Assembly (NCBI GenBank): GCA_023410645.1 | Contig: JAEYPQ010000029.1 | Coordinates: forward strand, 5,298 to 37,297 | Reading direction: 5' to 3' | Origin: Bacillota bacterium | GTDB taxonomy: Bacteria > Bacillota > Clostridia > TANB77 > CAG-465 | DNA length: 32,000 nt | In this document: piece by piece, positions 8,281 through 17,205 of the stretch | How positions within the stretch are numbered: the first letter of the stretch is position 1 | Layout: each line of letters starts with the position of its first letter | The notes under the pieces: generated by a model | What the model was told of the DNA's origin: nothing | The model's input: only the letters and a program-made list of their open reading frames with translations | Database searches by the model: none | Position numbers and translations under genes: made by a program

Positions 8281-9042
8281 TTAATTATTTTTATTACTAT
8301 TATATTCTAACTTTTCCTCTTCTAATTCAAATTTGTCTTGTTTTTTATCTTTTTTTCTTATAAGTACAAGCGGTGTAAGTGTTTTAGCCTGACCTGCTGG
8401 ATTGTCCTTAATCATAGCTTTTAATTCATTATCACTATATTCTATACTATCAGCTTTTCCAAGAATTTCAACGTTAAAATCATTAGCATCAACAATCATA
8501 CATCTTATTCCAGTTTTCTCATATATTTCATTACATACGCCTGTAGAATTATCTGGTATTCTTATACCAAATTCTGCATAATCAGAGAATACATCTCCAT
8601 AAAATCCATCCAAACCACTTATTTCTGGCCCAACAATTTTATAAAATACTCCTCTTTTTCTAAATATTTTGCCAACTCCACCAGCAATTGCTGCAAATAT
8701 AACTTTTGGTCTACCACATAACATTATAGCAAATTGCATTTTATATGGATTGTCTACTCCAACGCCAGCATCACTTCTCATTGCAAATCTTGATAAAAAT
8801 TTAGCAAGTCTACTAACTCTTACATCCTTCTTATATACAACTCTTTTTTGACATAAACCAATAATTTTTTCACTAATTGATATTATATCTCCTTCTTCAT
8901 AAATATCCTTTACATATTTTTTTATTATATCCACATAGTCCTCGCCAATTTGAACATAATGTGTTTCTATTGCATGTCTTAAATATGTTTCACCATTAAC
9001 TTCTATTTCTATATTTTTTTTTGGATTTGCTCTAAACTCCAT
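8281..9042 (-). CDS. CofE-like (F420-0:gamma-glutamyl ligase family) protein of unknown role in Firmicutes
   Basis: From memory, the translation MEFRANPKK...ISISEKIIGLCQKR...GVGVDNPYK...GLDGFYG...MIVDANDF resembles the CofE-like family seen in Clostridia. I place the start at the ATG at 9042, which has an AAAAGAGG SD. The longer track ORF (to 9117) would run over its own TTGACT-17-TATACT promoter. Confidence 0.6.
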   Translation of the reverse strand: MEFRANPKKNIEIEVNGETYLRHAIETHYVQIGEDYVDIIKKYVKDIYEEGDIISISEKIIGLCQKRVVYKKDVRVSRLAKFLSRFAMRSDAGVGVDNPYKMQFAIMLCGRPKVIFAAIAGGVGKIFRKRGVFYKIVGPEISGLDGFYGDVFSDYAEFGIRIPDNSTGVCNEIYEKTGIRCMIVDANDFNVEILGKADSIEYSDNELKAMIKDNPAGQAKTLTPLVLIRKKDKKQDKFELEEEKLEYNSNKNN

Positions 9043-9198
9043 AATAATACCTCTTTTCTTATTTTTTTCCACAAAATAAGTATAATACAAATGAAAATAA
9101 AAGTCAATAAAATTCATATATATAAAACTGTATTTAACAAATATGTGTTTTATATATAAAAGTTAAGACAAAAAAGTAGACTCTTTTGGAGTCTACTT

Positions 9199-9525
9199 GA
9201 GTATTTTGTAAGCCGGATTCTGTTTTAAATAGTCATTTATCTAGGATATATATCACTATATACCTCAAGCCACCAACCACGAAAGATGACGGGCCGTCTT
9301 AACCTTTCTTTCTTGGTGTTGCACCAAGTGGGGTTTACACAACATCTATGTCTCCATAAATGTTTGTGAGCTCTTACCTCACATTTTCACCCTTACCAGA
9401 ATTACTGGCGGTAATTTTCTGTTGCACTTTCCTTAGGATCACTCCCACTAGACGTTATCTAGCACTATTGCCCTGTGGTGTCCGGACTTTCCTCTTGTTC
9501 TCACAAGCGACTATATGAAATACTC
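9199..9525 (-). ncRNA. rnpB: RNase P RNA (ribozyme component)
   Basis: The minus strand carries the universal P4 motifs GAGGAAAGUCCGG (9494-9482) and ACAGAAUCCGGCUUAC (9223-9208). The P1 helix pairs GAGUAUUU (9525-9518) with AAAUACUC (9206-9199). An extended -10 promoter (TGaTATAAT) lies upstream and a GTAGACTC/GAGTCTAC hairpin terminator lies downstream. Confidence 0.85.
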
Positions 9526-9558
9526 TATTATTATTATATCATATTTACAATAAAAAAT

Positions 9559-9588
9559 AAATAGGCCCTTAAATATTAGGGCCCATTT
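9559..9588 (-). terminator. Intrinsic terminator of the 112-aa gene
   Basis: A GGGCC/GGCCC-cored hairpin (AAATaGGCCC ... GGGCCcATTT) overlaps the stop codon and is followed on the minus strand by TTATTTTTT. Confidence 0.6.
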
Positions 9589-9914
9589 ATGGTTATTAAA
9601 ATCAGTTTTTTCTCCTCAGTAAAAATATATATTTCTTCTAAATTTAAAATATCGGGTATATTATATGATAAGCATGATATCCGTGTAATTACAGTAAATT
9701 TTCCTTTCAGGATATTTTCATATCCTATTATTATTCCGCCATCTAGTATTATGCTGTGGCATCCAAAGTTGTAATCAGAGCATCTTTCACATTTATTCCG
9801 AGTAATAAATCCTTCTAATACTTCACTAGAAATATGAAAAATCACGTTTTGGATATTTTGTATTTTGCTTATTTCTTCAATTAGCTTTTCTGGCTGAATA
9901 GAAACTTTTTTCAT
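9576..9914 (-). CDS. Hypothetical 112-aa Cys-containing protein
   Basis: The ORF has an AGGAGGA SD and its own terminator. It contains a CERCSDYNFGC cluster plus one further Cys. I recognise no family. Confidence 0.55.
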   Translation of the reverse strand: MKKVSIQPEKLIEEISKIQNIQNVIFHISSEVLEGFITRNKCERCSDYNFGCHSIILDGGIIIGYENILKGKFTVITRISCLSYNIPDILNLEEIYIFTEEKKLILITINGP

Positions 9915-10040
9915 ATTGTCCTCCTATAGATAGTTTTTTTAATTAAAATTACTAATAATTTTATGTACATTTATTATATCATAAAAGCCAAAGAAATACA
10001 AATTATAATTATTTTGCAAAATATTTAACATTTTAAAATA

Positions 10041-10070
10041 AAAAAGTAATAGCTTAAGCTATTACTTTTT
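10041..10070 (-). terminator. Intrinsic terminator of gyrA
   Basis: A perfect palindrome, AGTAATAGC-TTAA-GCTATTACT, is flanked by A/T runs 10 nt after the gyrA stop. Confidence 0.7.
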
Positions 10071-10080
10071 ACTAATTATA

Positions 10081-12531
10081 CTATTCTTCAACTACATCAT
10101 CTTCTTGAGGAATTTTAGCTATATTAATTACTTTGCCGCCATCAGACGTTCTCATAAGAGTAACTCCTTGCGTATTTCTTCCAAGAACACTTATATCTTT
10201 AACATTAAGTCTAATAACAACACCGGTATCAGTTATTAACATTACATCATCACTATCATTTACAATTTTAATTCCTATTATATGTCCTGTTTTTGATGTA
10301 GTCTTATATGTTAATACACCTTTACCACTTCTTGCTTGTTGCCTATATTCTTCAACTTCAGTTCTTTTTCCAAATCCATTTTCTGTTATTGCAAGTATGT
10401 AATCCTTTTCATCCTGTATTGGTTCCATTCCTATTACTTTATCATCTTTTGCTAAAGCAATACCTTTAACACCCATTGAAGTTCTACCTACCGCTCTTAC
10501 TTCTTCTTCGGCAAATCTTATTGATAATCCATTAGTAGTTACCATTACAATACTACTATTTCCATCAGTAAGCCTTACATCAATTAATTCATCTTCATCT
10601 TTTAAAGTTATACCTTGAATACCAGTTTTACGTATATTACTATACTCTTCAAGTTTTGTTTTCTTAATAAGACCATTTTTTGTAGCCATAAGTACGTATA
10701 ATGGTTCTTTATAATCATGTACTGGTATTATCGCTGCTATTTTTTCACCTTGTGAAAGTTGTAGTAAATTAACAATTGCAGTGCCTTTAGCAGTTCTGCT
10801 AGCTTCTGGTAATTCATATGCTTTTAATCTAAATGCTCTTCCAGCATTTGTGAAAAACATTATATAATCATGTGTAGAAGTTACAAATAAATGTTCAACA
10901 AAATCTTCTTCACGTGTATTCATTGCAGTAAGTCCTTTACCACCACGTTTTTGACTTCTATATACATCAGCTGCAATTCTCTTTATGTACCCAAAATGTG
11001 TTAGAGTAACGACATTTGTTTCTTCTTTGATAAGACTTTCAATATCAATATCTCCTTCACCATGTGTAATTTGAGTTCTTCTTTCATCACCATAAGTGTT
11101 TTTAATTTCAGTAAGTTCTTCCTTAATTATATCTTTAATAAGTTGTTCAGAAGCTAATACTTCTTTTAAATGATTTATTAGATTAACTAAGCTATTATAT
11201 TCATCTTCGATCTTTTCTCTTTGAAGCCCTTGAAGAGTTCTAAGCCTCATTTCAAGTATAGCATTGGCTTGAATTTCAGATAATCCAAAAGCTGACATAA
11301 GTCTAGCTTGAGCATCATCATATGATTCACGTATTATTCTAATAATTTCATCAATGTGATCAAGTGCTATTCTTAATCCTTCTAAAATATGTAATCTTGC
11401 TTCTGCTTTTCTTAAGTCAAATTCTGTTCTTCTTCTTATAACTTCTTCTCTATGTTTAATATAATTATCTAATATTTCTCTTAAAGTTAATACCTTAGGT
11501 TGTCCATTTACAAGTGCAAGCATCAACATACTTTGAGTTGTTTGCAATTGTGTATGTTTATATAATAAGTTTAATACAACATTTGGATTTGCATCTCTCT
11601 TTAATTCAATAACAATTCTTAAACCTTCTCTATCTGATTCATCTCTTAGATCAGATATTCCTTCGATTGTCTTTAACTGAACTAATTTTGCAATATTTTC
11701 TACTAAAGCAGCTTTATTAACTTGATAAGGAATTTCTGTAACTATTATTTTAAATCTTCCTTTATTATCCTCTTCGATTTCAGCCTTTGCACGAACACAA
11801 ACCTTACCCCTACCAGTTGTATATGCATCTTTTATACCATCTTTTCCTAATATAATTCCAGATGTAGGGAAGTCAGGTCCTTTTATATATGCAATTAATT
11901 CTTCATTTGAAATATCTGGATTATCGATTTGTGCAATAGTACCATTTATAACCTCTGTTAAATTATGTGGTGGAATATTACAAGCCATTCCAACAGCAAT
12001 ACCGTAAGAACCGTTTATTAACAAGTTTGGTAACTTAGCTGGTAAAACAGAAGGTTCTTTTAATCTATCATCATAATTTGGCACATAATCCACTGTTTCT
12101 TTATCTATATCTGTTAACATTTCTAATGAAATCTTATGAAGCTTTGCTTCAGTATATCTCATTGCAGCTGGTGGATCATTATCGATAGAACCAAAGTTAC
12201 CATGTCCATTTACAAGAGGATATCTAAGCGAGAAATCCTGAGATAAACGAACTAATGCATCGTATATAGCTGCATCACCATGTGGATGATAATTACCCAT
12301 AACATCTCCAACGATACTTGCAGATTTTCTAAATGGTTTTTCTGGCCATAGTGAAAGTTCACTCATAACATATAAAATTCTTCTGTGAACTGGCTTTAAA
12401 CCATCTCTTACATCTGGAAGTGCACGTGAAGCAATTACACTCATGGCATAATCAATATATGATCTTTTCATTTCTTCTTCTATGTTTACAGGTACAATGT
12501 TTTGAGCACCTAAAATATCATCTTCGTTCAT
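10081..12531 (-). CDS. gyrA: DNA gyrase subunit A
   Basis: An 816-aa ORF with [30 protein letters not shown] and the catalytic Tyr context [10 protein letters not shown]. The GyrA box QKRGGKG in the C-terminal beta-pinwheel argues for gyrase rather than ParC. Confidence 0.92.
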   Translation of the reverse strand: MNEDDILGAQNIVPVNIEEEMKRSYIDYAMSVIASRALPDVRDGLKPVHRRILYVMSELSLWPEKPFRKSASIVGDVMGNYHPHGDAAIYDALVRLSQDFSLRYPLVNGHGNFGSIDNDPPAAMRYTEAKLHKISLEMLTDIDKETVDYVPNYDDRLKEPSVLPAKLPNLLINGSYGIAVGMACNIPPHNLTEVINGTIAQIDNPDISNEELIAYIKGPDFPTSGIILGKDGIKDAYTTGRGKVCVRAKAEIEEDNKGRFKIIVTEIPYQVNKAALVENIAKLVQLKTIEGISDLRDESDREGLRIVIELKRDANPNVVLNLLYKHTQLQTTQSMLMLALVNGQPKVLTLREILDNYIKHREEVIRRRTEFDLRKAEARLHILEGLRIALDHIDEIIRIIRESYDDAQARLMSAFGLSEIQANAILEMRLRTLQGLQREKIEDEYNSLVNLINHLKEVLASEQLIKDIIKEELTEIKNTYGDERRTQITHGEGDIDIESLIKEETNVVTLTHFGYIKRIAADVYRSQKRGGKGLTAMNTREEDFVEHLFVTSTHDYIMFFTNAGRAFRLKAYELPEASRTAKGTAIVNLLQLSQGEKIAAIIPVHDYKEPLYVLMATKNGLIKKTKLEEYSNIRKTGIQGITLKDEDELIDVRLTDGNSSIVMVTTNGLSIRFAEEEVRAVGRTSMGVKGIALAKDDKVIGMEPIQDEKDYILAITENGFGKRTEVEEYRQQARSGKGVLTYKTTSKTGHIIGIKIVNDSDDVMLITDTGVVIRLNVKDISVLGRNTQGVTLMRTSDGGKVINIAKIPQEDDVVEE

Positions 12532-12662
12532 TTTATACCTCCATTTATTGATACTCCCTTATTATACTAGAAAAAAAATAAAAAAGCAAGTTAAAGTTAT
12601 TGAAAATTAAATAATTTGTGATATAATGTAAAATAATTAAAGTAGTAAATAAGGAGCAATAT

Positions 12663-13595
12663 ATGAAATATAAAAATTACTATGAAATACTAGGTATAAA
12701 TAGGAGAAGTAGTAAACAAGATATAAAATTAAATTATAGAAAATTGGCCAAAATGTATCATCCAGATACAAATAAAAGCGATGAATCTGAAACATTATTT
12801 AAAGATGTAAATGAGGCTTATGCAACTCTAATGGATGATGAAAAAAGAAAAAAATATGATAGACAAGTAGCAAGATTTGGTTATGGAATTTCTGAAAATG
12901 ATTCTAGTTTATCCCAAGTAAGATATGAAATAAAATCTGGTGTCAATGTAATAAATGACTTATTAAATACTATACTCGGTTTAAAAAAGGATGAAGCTCA
13001 AAATTTTGGAGATATTGATAATGGTCCAAAAGAAGAAAAGAAAGCAAAACAAAAACCAGAAAAAGGAACTGATATAATAACAAATTTAGAGGTGACTTTG
13101 GAAGAAGGTTTTAATGGTACTGAAAAAAAGATTGCTATAAAATCTTCAAAATCTGGTATGAGAACATTTTCTGTTAATGTTCCTATTGGTATAAAAAATG
13201 GTGACAAAATAAGACTTGCAGCTCTTGGTAATCCCGGGAAAAATGGTGGAAAAAATGGTGATTTAATAATACACGTAAAATTAGCCGAACATGATGAATT
13301 TAAATTAGATGGAATCAATCTTATAAAAGATATAACCATTTCACCTGCTCTCGCAGCTCTTGGTGGTAAATATAAACTTACTGTCTTAAACGAAGTAATT
13401 TTTGTTTCACTTCCAAAACATTTAAAAGATTCAGAGATTGTAAGTGTTGATAAAAAGGGCTATATATCTGAAGATGGAACTCGTGGAAAGTTATTATTAA
13501 AAGTACATATAGATATGCCTGAAGATATAACTGAAAGAGAAGAAAAGTTATATGAACAACTTTTGAAATTGGAAAAGAAGAGAGAAAAAAATTAA
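12663..13595 (+). CDS. J-domain co-chaperone of the CbpA/DnaJ class II type (J domain plus DnaJ C-terminal domains, no zinc finger)
   Basis: The J domain is YYEILGI...KLAKMYHPD (HPD motif) and the C-terminal substrate-binding repeats include GDLIIHVKL. There is no CxxCxGxG zinc centre. An extended -10 promoter lies upstream. Confidence 0.85.
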   Translation: MKYKNYYEILGINRRSSKQDIKLNYRKLAKMYHPDTNKSDESETLFKDVNEAYATLMDDEKRKKYDRQVARFGYGISENDSSLSQVRYEIKSGVNVINDLLNTILGLKKDEAQNFGDIDNGPKEEKKAKQKPEKGTDIITNLEVTLEEGFNGTEKKIAIKSSKSGMRTFSVNVPIGIKNGDKIRLAALGNPGKNGGKNGDLIIHVKLAEHDEFKLDGINLIKDITISPALAALGGKYKLTVLNEVIFVSLPKHLKDSEIVSVDKKGYISEDGTRGKLLLKVHIDMPEDITEREEKLYEQLLKLEKKREKN

Positions 13596-13620
13596 AAATA
13601 GAGTCGAACGACTCTATTTT
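13596..13620. terminator. Bidirectional terminator between the J-protein gene and the dnaC-like gene
   Basis: AAATAGAGTCG-AA-CGACTCTATTT, with flanking A/T runs. Confidence 0.65.
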
Positions 13621-14639
13621 TAATTTGTAATTCTCTTTTTTTTGATTCTTATATCTTCACCAATAAATTTACATGCTATAAAATTTCCTAATATCCTTGA
13701 AACAACTCTTTCATCATAAACGTTATATAACTCATTTAAATTTAGGTTAGTAGAAATTAAAATCTTTTTATTTTCTAATAATCTTGTATTTATTATATTA
13801 AATAATTCAGTAAATTTATTATTGCTCATAGTCTCTGTTCCAAGATCATCTATTATCAATAAATCAACATCATATATTTTGTTATAATTTTCTTTATCGT
13901 TACTTTTCTTATCATAGCTAAATTTATACTCAATTACCTTGTCCATAAGTAGTGGTGCAGTTTGATATATTACAGTTTTGCCCGATTGTATTAGTTCATT
14001 TGCTATACAATTTGCAATAAAAGTTTTTCCAAGTCCAGTATTTCCAACAAAAAGAAGATTCTTTTGTTCAATATTATCGATGTTTTTAACAAAATTTTCT
14101 GCTAAAGATTTTATACTTTCAATATTTTCAAGTGGTGATTTATCAATTCCATATTTGGATTTATCTGCTTTTGTAGAATAATAACAAGTATCAAAAGTAT
14201 TAAAATTCTCAGATTGTAACCTTGACATATTATATTGTTTATATGCTTCATTAATAACTTTTTGTAGAAAACACTTACAGTACTTTACAATTCCATTTTC
14301 TTGTATTTTACCAGTATCATTACATATTTTGCATTCATAATTTGGTTCAAAATCTTTTGATGAATAACCTATATTATTAAGTTCTTTTTCAATTTTAGAA
14401 TCAATTTCTAAAAGTCTTTTATTCATATTTTCTTCTTCAACTTGTTTAGTTATATTATCACTAAGAAGAATATTTCTTGTTATTTTAAGAGCTATAATAT
14501 TTCGTTTTTCTTCTAATTCTTGAAGTTTATGATTTTCCTCATATATTTTTTTCTTTTTATATAATATTTCATTTTCTATTTTCTTTCTTTTAAGTTCATA
14601 CTCTCTTTCAATTTGATTATATATATAATTACTCATCAT
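13620..14639 (-). CDS. DnaC/DnaI-like replicative helicase loader (AAA+ ATPase)
   Basis: Walker A is FVGNTGLGKTF and Walker B is LLIIDDLGTE. The N-terminus has a coiled coil plus the Cys cluster CKICNDTG...YCKC, resembling the DnaI zinc module. It lies directly downstream of a DnaD-domain gene. Confidence 0.8.
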   Translation of the reverse strand: MMSNYIYNQIEREYELKRKKIENEILYKKKKIYEENHKLQELEEKRNIIALKITRNILLSDNITKQVEEENMNKRLLEIDSKIEKELNNIGYSSKDFEPNYECKICNDTGKIQENGIVKYCKCFLQKVINEAYKQYNMSRLQSENFNTFDTCYYSTKADKSKYGIDKSPLENIESIKSLAENFVKNIDNIEQKNLLFVGNTGLGKTFIANCIANELIQSGKTVIYQTAPLLMDKVIEYKFSYDKKSNDKENYNKIYDVDLLIIDDLGTETMSNNKFTELFNIINTRLLENKKILISTNLNLNELYNVYDERVVSRILGNFIACKFIGEDIRIKKKRITN

Positions 14640-14654
14640 TTCACCCCTTTTTAA

Positions 14655-15614
14655 TTACATATTGTCATAAAATGATTCTAAATCTTCATATTTTCTTTGT
14701 TCATAATTTTGGTATCTTGATTTAGATTCAATAACTGGTTTACTATATCTTTTTGACTCTGTATCGGTAATAGAATCACTTTCAATATCTTTAATATTAC
14801 TATATCCTTTTTTATGCCAATTAGTAAGAATACCATTAACATAACTTAATGATGGATTTGCTTTGCATACAGTTCTTTTCAAAGCTTCTTCTATCATATC
14901 AAATCCATAATTATATTCTTTTATCCAAGTATCAATATATTGTTCTTCATACTTTGTAAAATTACGAGATAATCTTAATACTTTAGAAATTTTTTGCTTG
15001 ATTTTTAATATATTATCATAACTTGCTAAAAATTCTTCTAACTGTTCAAATGTCTTTACATTTCCTTTATACCAAGTTTCTGCAACAGCATGAACATATT
15101 TTCTATTAAGGGCTTTTCTTTCTTGACAATAATGGAAAAGAGCAATCATAACTTCTTCAGAAAACATATAATTTTTAAACATTGACTCTATATCTGTATA
15201 CCACATTAAAGTCATCATACCTTGGAAAAAACTTTCATTTATAGCAGTAGCAGCAGCAATTCTTTTCCTCTCTTGCTCTGTTTGGGCCTTAGTAGATTTA
15301 GTTTCAATTTTTGGAATATATGATTTATTTATAGCCACTTCTTTTAAATCTATAATATTAAATCCATGTACAGTCTTAGTTATAAGTTCTTCTGCTTGCA
15401 ATCTATCAAAACTAAATGAGATATCCTGCTCAGAAACCATAAATTTCTTTGCTAAAGTCGCTTTATCAACATCAACGTCTTTTTTTGATAAAAACAACAA
15501 ATATAAGTATAGCTTTATATCTATACCTTCTAAAGTAGCCATATAATTTAATATGAACTGATTTGCTACTTCTGTATCATTAAGTTCCAAATCATTTTTT
15601 TGTATAATTTTCAT
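14655..15614 (-). CDS. DnaD-domain replication initiation / primosome protein (DnaB/DnaD-like)
   Basis: It carries two DnaD-type repeats ending in WYKGNVKTFEQLE and ILTNWHKKGYSNIKDIE. It is paired with the loader ATPase 15 nt downstream. Confidence 0.75.
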   Translation of the reverse strand: MKIIQKNDLELNDTEVANQFILNYMATLEGIDIKLYLYLLFLSKKDVDVDKATLAKKFMVSEQDISFSFDRLQAEELITKTVHGFNIIDLKEVAINKSYIPKIETKSTKAQTEQERKRIAAATAINESFFQGMMTLMWYTDIESMFKNYMFSEEVMIALFHYCQERKALNRKYVHAVAETWYKGNVKTFEQLEEFLASYDNILKIKQKISKVLRLSRNFTKYEEQYIDTWIKEYNYGFDMIEEALKRTVCKANPSLSYVNGILTNWHKKGYSNIKDIESDSITDTESKRYSKPVIESKSRYQNYEQRKYEDLESFYDNM

Positions 15615-15645
15615 AACTTTCTCCTACACACTTTTTAGTAAATTT

Positions 15646-15674
15646 ATTATATCATTTGTAAACAATATTTACAA
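15646..15674 (-). promoter_or_regulatory. Sigma-A type promoter for dnaD-like/dnaC-like; it overlaps a 7-bp inverted repeat
   Basis: The minus strand reads TTGTAA (15674-15669), a 17-nt spacer, then TATAAT (15651-15646). The -35 hexamer is part of the TTGTAAAtattgTTTACAA inverted repeat. Confidence 0.45.
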
Positions 15675-15697
15675 TATTTTTTATATTAAAATAAATA

Positions 15698-16069
15698 TTA
15701 TTTTTTTATATAAATTTCATTTTTTAAAACTTTTTCATATCTTTTATTTATATATATTTTTTTATTTTTAAAAAATGAATATATTATGCAAAAACTATAT
15801 ATTAATGACTCATTATTTATATTAACACATAATGCTGCAACTACAGGTAATGTTAAAAAAATAAATAAATATATTGATACTTCAAAATTTAAATTAATGT
15901 ATTTGATTATATGAAATATTATGAAAATATATATAATTATTACTAGCAAAGATTTATATTCTATAATACCTAACCATTTATTCTCCCTATTAAAATTAGC
16001 ATACATTGGTTTCCCATCTTGATTATCCAATTTATCCTCCATTAAATAAATTATTTTTAATATCATCAT
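15698..16069 (-). CDS. Small two-TM membrane protein, PrgI/TcpE (VirB3)-like. The start is uncertain, because the first 38 nt overlap the upstream gene.
   Basis: A 123-aa ORF. It has a short polar N-terminus (YANFNRENKWLGIIEYKS), a hairpin of two TM helices and a basic tail. Its size, topology and position after a VirB6-like gene match Firmicute VirB3 analogues. I found no sequence signature beyond the architecture. Confidence 0.45.
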   Translation of the reverse strand: MMILKIIYLMEDKLDNQDGKPMYANFNRENKWLGIIEYKSLLVIIIYIFIIFHIIKYINLNFEVSIYLFIFLTLPVVAALCVNINNESLIYSFCIIYSFFKNKKIYINKRYEKVLKNEIYIKK

Positions 16070-16877
16070 TCGATATTTTGATAAATATTTGATTTATAAA
16101 ATCATTTATCTTATATAATGTATATATGCTACCAACTAATATTATTTTGTACATTATATCACTTGTATCTTTATATACTATTGGAATAAATATAATCAAT
16201 TTCACTATTGTTTGAGTAAGTATAGATGTTATTAACATCTTCAACCATGTTTTAGCAATTCCTATTGTTAAATTAGAGCTAAAACAAACTAAGCAAATCG
16301 GTGATATAATAAGCAAAAAAATTACTGTTACATATCTTATTGAAAAATTTATTAATATCGATATTGAACCAAACGATATTATGCCTTTTATTAAACCATC
16401 TAGACTTAACAAATCACTTTTCATAAATTTATCAATGGATAAAATAATCTCTTTTAGATTTTCAAAAGTAATATCTTCTTTTGCTATACTTTTAGCAAAT
16501 TCTGTCACTGTATCTGATAATATTGATCCCAAAGATAAAAGTTGATCACATATGAAGTAACTGTTATTTACTAATAAAGATATACATATTATTTTTATTG
16601 TAAATAGATATACATTTTCTGTTTTAAATCCATTATACATAGATAATAATTGTAAGAAAATGTAATATACAAAATGGAAGATAATCAGTGAATTAGCTAT
16701 TATCATAATACCATTTACTTTATTTTCAAAAAATATATATTTTAATGGATCTTGCTTAAGAATTTCTGGAGATATAAGAACTATTTTATCTAAAACTTCA
16801 TAAACTTGTCCTTCAACAGACTTGAATAGATTTTCAGATATTATATTAAGACTATTAATTATATCATTTACTGGCAT
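16032..16877 (-). CDS. Polytopic membrane protein, VirB6/TrbL-like T4SS channel component
   Basis: A 281-aa ORF with at least 5 TM helices. The central segment RYVTVIFLLIISPICLVCFSSNLTIGIAKTWLKMLITSIL resembles the conserved Pro/Trp-containing VirB6 core. Its start is coupled to the upstream stop (TAG-t-ATG at 16881-16875). Confidence 0.5.
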   Translation of the reverse strand: MPVNDIINSLNIISENLFKSVEGQVYEVLDKIVLISPEILKQDPLKYIFFENKVNGIMIIANSLIIFHFVYYIFLQLLSMYNGFKTENVYLFTIKIICISLLVNNSYFICDQLLSLGSILSDTVTEFAKSIAKEDITFENLKEIILSIDKFMKSDLLSLDGLIKGIISFGSISILINFSIRYVTVIFLLIISPICLVCFSSNLTIGIAKTWLKMLITSILTQTIVKLIIFIPIVYKDTSDIMYKIILVGSIYTLYKINDFINQIFIKISNDDIKNNLFNGG

Positions 16878-16878
16878 A

Positions 16879-17109
16879 CTAACTTAACACAGAATCAATG
16901 AACTTTAAGATTAAGTCAATTGATAAAATAATTCCATAACACACAATTGCATTGATTATGACTTTTTTACCAATTGCCATTTTCTCCTCATTGCCAAAAC
17001 TAAGCTTTCTCATAAAAACACCTGAAGCTATCGCAACCCCAGCAGCAGGTGTTGCAAGTTTTACTAAATATTCTTGTATTCTTTTAAAAGCCGTATTTAA
17101 TTTGTTCAC
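16879..17109 (-). CDS. Small two-TM protein, Maff2/VirB2-like. The first canonical start is the GTG at 17109, but the open frame continues upstream to 17205.
   Basis: The sequence is LNTAFKRIQEYLVKLATPAAGVAIASGVFM...EEKMAIGKKVIINAIVCYGIILSIDLIL. It forms two hydrophobic helices separated by a short charged loop, like Maff2-family or pilin-like proteins that sit between the T4CP and VirB6 genes in Clostridial ICEs. Confidence 0.45.
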   Translation of the reverse strand: MNKLNTAFKRIQEYLVKLATPAAGVAIASGVFMRKLSFGNEEKMAIGKKVIINAIVCYGIILSIDLILKFIDSVLS

Positions 17110-17205
17110 AAGCGTAGGAGTAGATGCTCCATAAATTACAGGAAAGATTATTGATATAATAATTATAGATATAAGTATTATTCTTAGTTTATTTATATTT
17201 TTAAC

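Noticed and set aside
9043-9117. N-terminal 25-codon extension of the CofE-like ORF (track start at 9117)
   Set aside because: The extension covers the gene's own TTGACT-17-TATACT promoter and has no SD. The ATG at 9042 is preceded by AAAAGAGG at proper spacing.
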